From NCBI GenBank assembly GCA_032718475.1, contig JAUCBJ010004672.1, forward strand, positions 7,333 to 71,332: a stretch of DNA of 64,000 nucleotides. Reading direction: 5' to 3'. A model generated the notes under the pieces. That model did no database searches, had not been told where the DNA came from, and worked only from the letters and a program-made list of their open reading frames with translations. Source of the DNA: Nemertoderma westbladi (taxonomy: Eukaryota > Animalia > Xenacoelomorpha). This document shows positions 53,301 through 62,300 of this stretch, in pieces. Numbering within the stretch: position 1 is the stretch's first letter; every line of letters starts with the position of its first letter. The position numbers and the translations under genes were made by a program.

Positions 53301-56300
53301 TGTTCTAGAATTGAGTCGATGAAACTTCCCTGACCAATAAGCTTTAGAGCCATTGTAGAAGAAGCATATTTATGGAGCGCGAGAATATATTTACTAAAGG
53401 AGGATTTAATTAAACGCAAATGCTACAACTACCCAAAAATACCAAAATCTTTCATTTTCATTTTCTTTAGCTTTATGTGGGTAGTGAATGATAAAGATGT
53501 CTGAAGGGTAACTCCGAGGTATTCGTAGTTGTTTACTAATTTAATTTCATCATTATAATTTCCAAATTTAAATTTATCATGTTTACCACATCAAAAGCGG
53601 TGGTTGACAGATGCCAAGAGCGAGTAGATATCTTTATCGTTCTGAATGGTGTTAATTATTGCATAACTGTCATCCATATATCGTTTACAAAAACGGAATG
53701 GAAAATGTTGTGGTGTACGTTTGTTTGTAGGTGTTGAGTTAGGTTGTATGCTAATTCTGGTGTACGTTTGTTTGTAGGTGTTGGGTTAGGTTGTATGCTA
53801 ATTCTGGTGTACGTTTGTTTGTAGGTGTTTGGTTAGGTTGTATGCTAATTCTGGTGTACGTTTGTTTGTAGGTGTTGGGTTAGGTTGTATGCTAATTCTG
53901 GTGTACGTTTGTTTGTAGGTGTTGGGTTAGGTTGTATGCTAATTCTGGTGTACGTTTGTTTGTAGGTGTTGGGTTAGGTTGTATGCTAATTCTGGTGTAC
54001 GTTTGTTTGTAGGTGTTTGGTTAGGTTGTATGCTAATTCTGGTGTACGTTTGTTTGTAGGTGTTGGGTTAGGTTGTATGCTAATTCTGGTGTACGTTTGT
54101 TTGTAGGTGTTGGGTTAGGTTGTATGCTAATTCTGGTGTACGTTTGTTTGTAGGTGTTGGGTTAGGTTGTATGCTAATTCTGGTGTACGTTTGTTTGTAG
54201 GTGTTGGGTTAGGTTGTATGCTAATTCTGGTGTACGTTTGTTTGTAGGTGTTGGGTTAGGTTGTATGCTAATTCTGGTGTACGTTTGTTTGTAGGTGTTG
54301 GGTTAGGTTGTATGCTAATTCTGGTGTACGTTTGTTTGTAGGTGTTGGGTTAGGTTGTATGCTAATTCTGGTGTACGTTTGTTTGTAGGTGTTGGGTTAG
54401 GTTGTATGCTAATTCTGGTGTACGTTTGTTTGTAGGTGTTGGGTTAGGTTGTATGCTAATTCTGGTGTACGTTTGTTTGTAGGTGTTGGGTTAGGTTGTA
54501 TGCTAATTCTGGTGTACGTTTGTTTGTAGGTGTTGGGTTAGGTTGTATGCTAATTCTGGTGTACGTTTGTTTGTAGGTGTTGGGTTAGGTTGTATGCTAA
54601 TTCTGGTGTACGTTTGTTTGTAGGTGTTGGGTTAGGTTGTATGCTAATTCTGGTGTACGTTTGTTTGTAGGTGTTGGGTTAGGTTGTATGCTAATTCTGG
54701 TGTACGTTTGTTTGTAGGTGTTGGGTTAGGTTGTATGCTAATTCTGGTGTACGTTTGTTTGTAGGTGTTGGGTTAGGTTGTATGCTAATTCTGGTGTACG
54801 TTTGTTTGTAGGTGTTGGGTTAGGTTGTATGCTAATTCTGGTGTACGTTTGTTTGTAGGTGTTGGGTTAGGTTGTATGCTAATTCTGGTGTACGTTTGTT
54901 TGTAGGTGTTGGGTTAGGTTGTATGCTAATTCTGGTGTACGTTTGTTTGTAGGTGTTGGGTTAGGTTGTATGCTAATTCTGGTGTACGTTTGTTTGTAGG
55001 TGTTGGGTTAGGTTGTATGCTAATTCTGGTGTACGTTTGTTTGTAGGTGTTGGGTTAGGTTGTATGCTAATTCTGGTGTACGTTTGTTTGTAGGTGTTGG
55101 GTTAGGTTGTATGCTAATTCTGGTGTACGTTTGTTTGTAGGTGTTGGGTTAGGTTGTATGCTAATTCTGGTGTACGTTTGTTTGTAGGTGTTGGGTTAGG
55201 TTGTATGCTAATTCTGGTGTACGTTTGTTTGTAGGTGTTGGGTTAGGTTGTATGCTAATTCTGGTGTACGTTTGTTTGTAGGTGTTGGGTTAGGTTGTAT
55301 GCTAATTCTGGTGTACGTTTGTTTGTAGGTGTTGGGTTAGGTTGTATGCTAATTCTGGTGTACGTTTGTTTGTAGGTGTTGGGTTAGGTTGTATGCTAAT
55401 TCTGGTGTACGTTTGTTTGTAGGTGTTGGGTTAGGTTGTATGCTAATTCTGGTGTACGTTTGTTTGTAGGTGTTGGGTTAGGTTGTATGCTAATTCTGGT
55501 GTACGTTTGTTTGTAGGTGTTGGGTTAGGTTGTATGCTAATTCTGGTGTACGTTTGTTTGTAGGTGTTGGGTTAGGTTGTATGCTAATTCTGGTGTACGT
55601 TTGTTTGTAGGTGTTGGGTTAGGTTGTATGCTAATTCTGGTGTACGTTTGTTTGTAGGTGTTGGGTTAGGTTGTATGCTAATTCTGGTGTACGTTTGTTT
55701 GTAGGTGTTGGGTTAGGTTGTATGCTAATTCTGGTGTACGTTTGTTTGTAGGTGTTGGGTTAGGTTGTATGCTAATTCTGGTGTACGTTTGTTTGTAGGT
55801 GTTGGGTTAGGTTGTATGCTAATTCTGGTGTACGTTTGTTTGTAGGTGTTGGGTTAGGTTGTATGCTAATTCTGGTGTACGTTTGTTTGTAGGTGTTGGG
55901 TTAGGTTGTATGCTAATTCTGGTGTACGTTTGTTTGTAGGTGTTGGGTTAGGTTGTATGCTAATTCTGGTGTACGTTTGTTTGTAGGTGTTGGGTTAGGT
56001 TGTATGCTAATTCTGGTGTACGTTTGTTTGTAGGTGTTGGGTTAGGTTGTATGCTAATTCTGGTGTACGTTTGTTTGTAGGTGTTGGGTTAGGTTGTATG
56101 CTAATTCTGGTGTACGTTTGTTTGTAGGTGTTGGGTTAGGTTGTATGCTAATTCTGGTGTACGTTTGTTTGTAGGTGTTGGGTTAGGTTGTATGCTAATT
56201 CTGGTGTACGTTTGTTTGTAGGTGTTGGGTTAGGTTGTATGCTAATTCTGGTGTACGTTTGTTTGTAGGTGTTGGGTTAGGTTGTATGCTAATTCTGGTG

Positions 56301-59300
56301 TACGTTTGTTTGTAGGTGTTGGGTTAGGTTGTATGCTAATTCTGGTGTACGTTTGTTTGTAGGTGTTGGGTTAGGTTGTATGCTAATTCTGGTGTACGTT
56401 TGTTTGTAGGTGTTGGGTTAGGTTGTATGCTAATTCTGGTGTACGTTTGTTTGTAGGTGTTGGGTTAGGTTGTATGCTAATTCTGGTGTACGTTTGTTTG
56501 TAGGTGTTGGGTTAGGTTGTATGCTAATTCTGGTGTACGTTTGTTTGTAGGTGTTGGGTTAGGTTGTATGCTAATTCTGGTGTACGTTTGTTTGTAGGTG
56601 TTGGGTTAGGTTGTATGCTAATTCTGGTGTACGTTTGTTTGTAGGTGTTGGGTTAGGTTGTATGCTAATTCTGGTGTACGTTTGTTTGTAGGTGTTGGGT
56701 TAGGTTGTATGCTAATTCTGGTGTACGTTTGTTTGTAGGTGTTGGGTTAGGTTGTATGCTAATTCTGGTGTACGTTTGTTTGTAGGTGTTTGGTTAGGTT
56801 GTATGCTAATTCTGGTGTACGTTTGTTTGTAGGTGTTGGGTTAGGTTGTATGCTAATTCTGGTGTACGTTTGTTTGTAGGTGTTGGGTTAGGTTGTATGC
56901 TAATTCTGGTGTACGTTTGTTTGTAGGTGTTTGGTTAGGTTGTATGCTAATTCTGGTGTACGTTTGTTTGTAGGTGTTGGGTTAGGTTGTATGCTAATTC
57001 TGGTGTACGTTTGTTTGTAGGTGTTGGGTTAGGTTGTATGCTAATTCTGGTGTACGTTTGTTTGTAGGTGTTGGGTTAGGTTGTATGCTAATTCTGGTGT
57101 ACGTTTGTTTGTAGGTGTTGGGTTAGGTTGTATGCTAATTCTGGTGTACGTTTGTTTGTAGGTGTTGGGTTAGGTTGTATGCTAATTCTGGTGTACGTTT
57201 GTTTGTAGGTGTTGGGTTAGGTTGTATGCTAATTCTGGTGTACGTTTGTTTGTAGGTGTTGGGTTAGGTTGTATGCTAATTCTGGTGTACGTTTGTTTGT
57301 AGGTGTTGGGTTAGGTTGTATGCTAATTCTGGTGTACGTTTGTTTGTAGGTGTTCGGTTAGGTTGTATGCTAATTCTGGTGTACGTTTGTTTGTAGGTGT
57401 TGGGTTAGGTTGTATGCTAATTCTGGTGTACGTTTGTTTGTAGGTGTTGGGTTAGGTTGTATGCTAATTCTGGTGTACGTTTGTTTGTAGGTGTTGGGTT
57501 AGGTTGTATGCTAATTCTGGTGTACGTTTGTTTGTAGGTGTTGGGTTAGGTTGTATGCTAATTCTGGTGTACGTTTGTTTGTAGGTGTTGGGTTAGGTTG
57601 TATGCTAATTCTGGTGAACGTTTGTTTGTAGGTGTTGGGTTAGGTTGTATGCTAATTCTGGTGAACGTTTGTTTGTAGGTGTTGGGTTAGGTTGTATGCT
57701 AATTCTGGTGTACGTTTGTTTGTAGGTGTTGGGTTAGGTTGTATGCTAATTCTGGTGTACGTTTGTTTGTAGGTGTTGGGTTAGGTTGTATGCTAATTCT
57801 GGTGTACGTTTGTTTGTAGGTGTTGGGTTAGGTTGTATGCTAATTCTGGTGTACGTTTGTTTGTAGGTGTTGGGTTAGGTTGTATGCTAATTCTGGTGTA
57901 CGTTTGTTTGTAGGTGTTGGGTTAGGTTGTATGCTAATTCTGGTGAACGTTTGTTTGTAGGTGTTCGGTTAGGTTGTATGCTAATTCTGGTGTACGTTTG
58001 TTTGTAGGTGTTGGGTTAGGTTGTATGCTAATTCTGGTGAACGTTTGTTTGTAGGTGTTGGGTTAGGTTGTATGCTAATTCTGGTGTACGTTTGTTTGTA
58101 GGTGTTGGGTTAGGTTGTATGCTAATTCTGGTGTACGTTTGTTTGTAGGTGTTTGGTTAGGTTGTATGCTAATTCTGGTGTACGTTTGTTTGTAGGTGTT
58201 GGGTTAGGTTGTATGCTAATTCTGGTGTACGTTTGTTTGTAGGTGTTGGGTTAGGTTGTATGCTAATTCTGGTGTACGTTTGTTTGTAGGTGTTGGGTTA
58301 GGTTGTATGCTAATTCTGGTGTACGTTTGTTTGTAGGTGTTTGGTTAGGTTGTATGCTAATTCTGGTGAACGTTTGTTTGTAGGTGTTGGGTTAGGTTGT
58401 ATGCTAATTCTGGTGAACGTTTGTTTGTAGGTGTTGGGTTAGGTTGTATGCTAATTCTGGTGAACGTTTGTTTGTAGGTGTTGGGTTAGGTTGTATGCTA
58501 ACGTTTGGGTTTATTATCCAAATAGCGTTCTTAGGTCCACACCCCTGGTATTGGTGTCAGTGCTACATGTTGGGCCGAGTTAACGATTTATATCACAACT
58601 TGAATCAAACACGTCACAAAAGCTGTTCGTGATAAAATTTCCAGATAGGGGGGAAACTGGACGCAATAAAAATTCATCCCTCTCCAGGGGAAATTGGACG
58701 CAAATAACAGCTGATTATTCTCAAAAATAAAACTGTAACCTGTTCTATTGTGTTTAGTTTATTGTTTTGGTTAAAATAACGTGCCACTGTAACCTGCTCC
58801 TTTCCCTAAATTAAGAATTTAACATTGAGGCGGGATATTAATTCGCCAAGATGGGATTTGCGTCCAGTTCCCCCCCCCCCCCCCCCCCCCCTGTCTCAAA
58901 ATTTCGCTATTCCATAAATTCCACTTTTTTGGGTTTCACCTTCGGTTATATCCGTTTCCGCTTACATTACCCCTTCGGCTATATCTCATACAGACCCAAT
59001 AGGGAACTGAGTTTCTGACAATGTTAACTCTTCCGTTGCAAATTTAAACAGACAAATTTCATGATAGAATAACTTTATCTCAACGAAGTTCCTCGATTAG
59101 CATACCGCCTGGACTTTATCTGTCTGTGTCTCACCTGGAAGATGTAATGACGTCATGTGATCGTCAGTTGTACTCGGCTAGACTAAGCCGCCGTGTCGAC
59201 AAGTCTACAAATATCGAAATATATTGCCACAATTAGTAACACCTTTGGGGAGACACAGTCGGCCTTCCCATTTGTCTAGAATGTGAACTACCTACCCCTC

Positions 59301-62300
59301 CACTGGTTTATGTTTGATGTCCAATAAATCATATCTCCATTTCCCAAATGGCGCCATCCCTGCCTGTTAATAAATATTTTGATAGATTTATTAATAATGA
59401 ATTTCTCGTATATATTTATTATTGCTGTTTCTATGGCTACGTGCGTTTGCGCGTCGGATGAGGTTGTAGTTCCTCCCGGTGTAGTTAAGGAACTTCGAGA
59501 CAAGGTTGTCTCCCCAGAGTACGACAAATACAACCTGCCAATCATAAACGGCCGTAGCGGTCCCGTAAGCGTTGGTATCCAGGTAACCTTCACTCACATC
59601 GGGGATATCGACGACCTCGCTCTCAGCTTCCATGCCGATCTCTTCCTCATTATGATCTGGAACGACGCCCGTCTCACCTTCCAACACTCCGCCCCCGTCT
59701 TCCTCCCGTCTGACTTCATGAAACAGATTTGGGTTCCGTCATTGTACATCGCGAATGAAATAAAATCGGAGAAGCACGACGTTCCGCGCCCGAGTTCCTC
59801 TCTCCTCATCGCGCCTAACGGCGACATCCGGGCGTCGGAGCGGATCTCCGTCAAGGCGACTTGCGATTTCGACTTCCGGGACTTCCCTATGGACAGCCAG
59901 CACTGTAGTCTCCGTTTCCAGAGCTACGCCTACCCGCAAAACCGCGTCAAATTCCGTTTCGATAACATGACGTCACCAATCTCCAAGTACTTCAACTGTA
60001 CCTCGGACATCGGTGTCCGGATTCTGGGTTCCGAGCTCCAGGTGCAGCAACACTTCCCGATCAGCATGCAGGACATGTCGACTAACGATACAGTTGTGGT
60101 TGAACCGGGTCTGGGAACCTACTCCGAGGTCGAGATATTCCTTCGCTTTAAACGACGTATCATTTCTTACATGATCAACCTGTACATCCCGGCTAACCTT
60201 ATAATCGTAATGAGTTGGTTGGGGTTCTGGATACCTCGGAACCTGGTACCCGCCAGGGCCACCTTGGCTATCACCACCGTTCTCACCTTCGCTACCCTTA
60301 TACTCTCGGCCGTTAAGGGATTCCCCCAAGTCGCCTACATTAAGGCGATCGACGTGGCCTTCGCTATCGGATTCTTCATGGTTTTCGCCGCTCTTTTCGA
60401 GTTCACAGCCGTCTGTTACTTCGGTAAACGCGATGAAGCCGCCCCTGCTGACGCTCGCCGCTGTAGATTTCGCGCAGAAACCATAGATTTCTACGCTAAA
60501 CTCGCCTTCCCTTGTTTCTATTTAATATTTACTATCGTTTATATCTCCTATTACGTTCCAAACGCAGTTATGTCAGCGGCTTCACTGTTCTGAACTAAAA
60601 TTATACATCATCTTTATTTATTAATCTATATTAGAATTAGAATTAGTAACAATTATGATTGTAATTAATAATAACAAACTGATCTGAAACTGGTTGTCAT
60701 AGTAATTGTAGTGCGAATATTTAAATAACATTAAACCCTTTTCTACAACTAATTTTGTTGAAAGTTTTTATTACGATTACGAAGTGGGCTACTTTTTTTG
60801 CTTCAGGCCAACTGTTCATTAGGAACATAAATTCACGACGTTTTTTTTTATTTTTACAAATATTATCTAAATTTCTCAATTCCGCAATTTTAAAAATTTG
60901 TTGCAAAACCTATCACACCTCCGCAAGAAAGCACATCTAACAAACTACAAAAATAACTATTTGAAGAACATTATTTTCATTAATTTTCTTTTATCCTTCA
61001 ATATAGTATACAGTATACAGTATAGTATCCTTCAATATTACTATAACCATAATATCTATTCAAATTTCTATAAACACCAGTCCCAACCTTGCCGCATACT
61101 TTGCCGCATAATCTGCCGCAAACCTTGCCCTATACCTTGCCGCATACATTGCCGCAAACCTTCCCGACAACCTTGCCGCAAACCTTGCCGCATACCTTCC
61201 CGCATACCTTGCCGCATACCTTGCCGCATACCTTCCCGCATACCTTGCCGCATACCTTGCCGCATACCTTGCCTCATACCTTGCAGCATACCTTGCCGCA
61301 TACCTTGCCGCATACCTTGCCTCATACCTTGCAGCATACCTTGCCGCATACCTTGCCGCATACTTTGCCGCATACCTTCCCGCAAACCTTGCCGCATACC
61401 TTGCCGCATACCTTGCCGCATACCTTGCCGCATACGATGCCGCATACTTCGCCGCAAACCTTGCCGCATACCTTGCCGCATATCTTGCATCATACTATGC
61501 AGCATACCTTGCCGCATACCTTGCCGCATACCTTGCCGCATACGATGCCGCATACTTCGCCGCAAACCTTGCCGCAAACCTTGCCGCATATCTTGCATAA
61601 TACTATGCAGCATACCTTGCCGCATACCTTGCCGCATACCTTGCCGCATACCTTGCAGCATACCTTGCCGCATACCGTCCCGCAAACCTTGCCGCAAATC
61701 TTGCCGCATACCTTGCCGCATACCTTGCCGCATACCATGCCGCATACTTCGCCGCAAACCTTGCCGCATATCTTGCCGCATATCTTGCATCATACCTTGC
61801 AGCATACCTTGCCGCATACCTTGCAGCATACCTTGCCGCATACATTGCCGCATACCTTGCCGCATACCTTGCCGCATACCTTGCCGCATACCTTCCCGCA
61901 AACCTTGCCGCAAACCTTACCGCATACTTTCATACCTTGCTGCATAATTTGCCCCATACTTTGCCGCATACCTTGCCGCATACTTTGCCGCATACCTTGT
62001 GGCATACTTTGCCGCATACCTTGTCACATACTTTGCCGCATACTTTGCCGTATACTTTGCCGCAAACCTTGTCGCATACTTTGCCGTAAACCTTTCCTCA
62101 AACATTGCCGCATACTTTGCCGCTTACTTTGCCGCATACCTTACCGCATACCTTGCCGCATACCCATGCCGCATACCTTGCCGTATACCTTGCCGCATAC
62201 CTTGCCGCATACCTTCCCGAATACCTTGCCGCATACCATGCCGCATACCTTGCCGCTGCCGCATACTTTGTCGCATGCGTTGCCGCATACTTTGCCGCAT

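Larger units (their letters stand above)
51262..53590 (-). mobile_element. Decayed 3' part of a LINE ORF2 (RT thumb to zinc knuckle), internally expanded into satellites
   Basis: Minus strand [25 protein letters not shown] (~53480-53550), then [32 protein letters not shown], and after the repeats [24 protein letters not shown] (Cys/His knuckle). Confidence 0.65.

Noticed and set aside
53711-58501. Telomeric array
   Set aside because: Only one GGGTTAGG per 47-bp unit, interstitial and intronic; not a (TTAGGG)n or (TTAGG)n tract.
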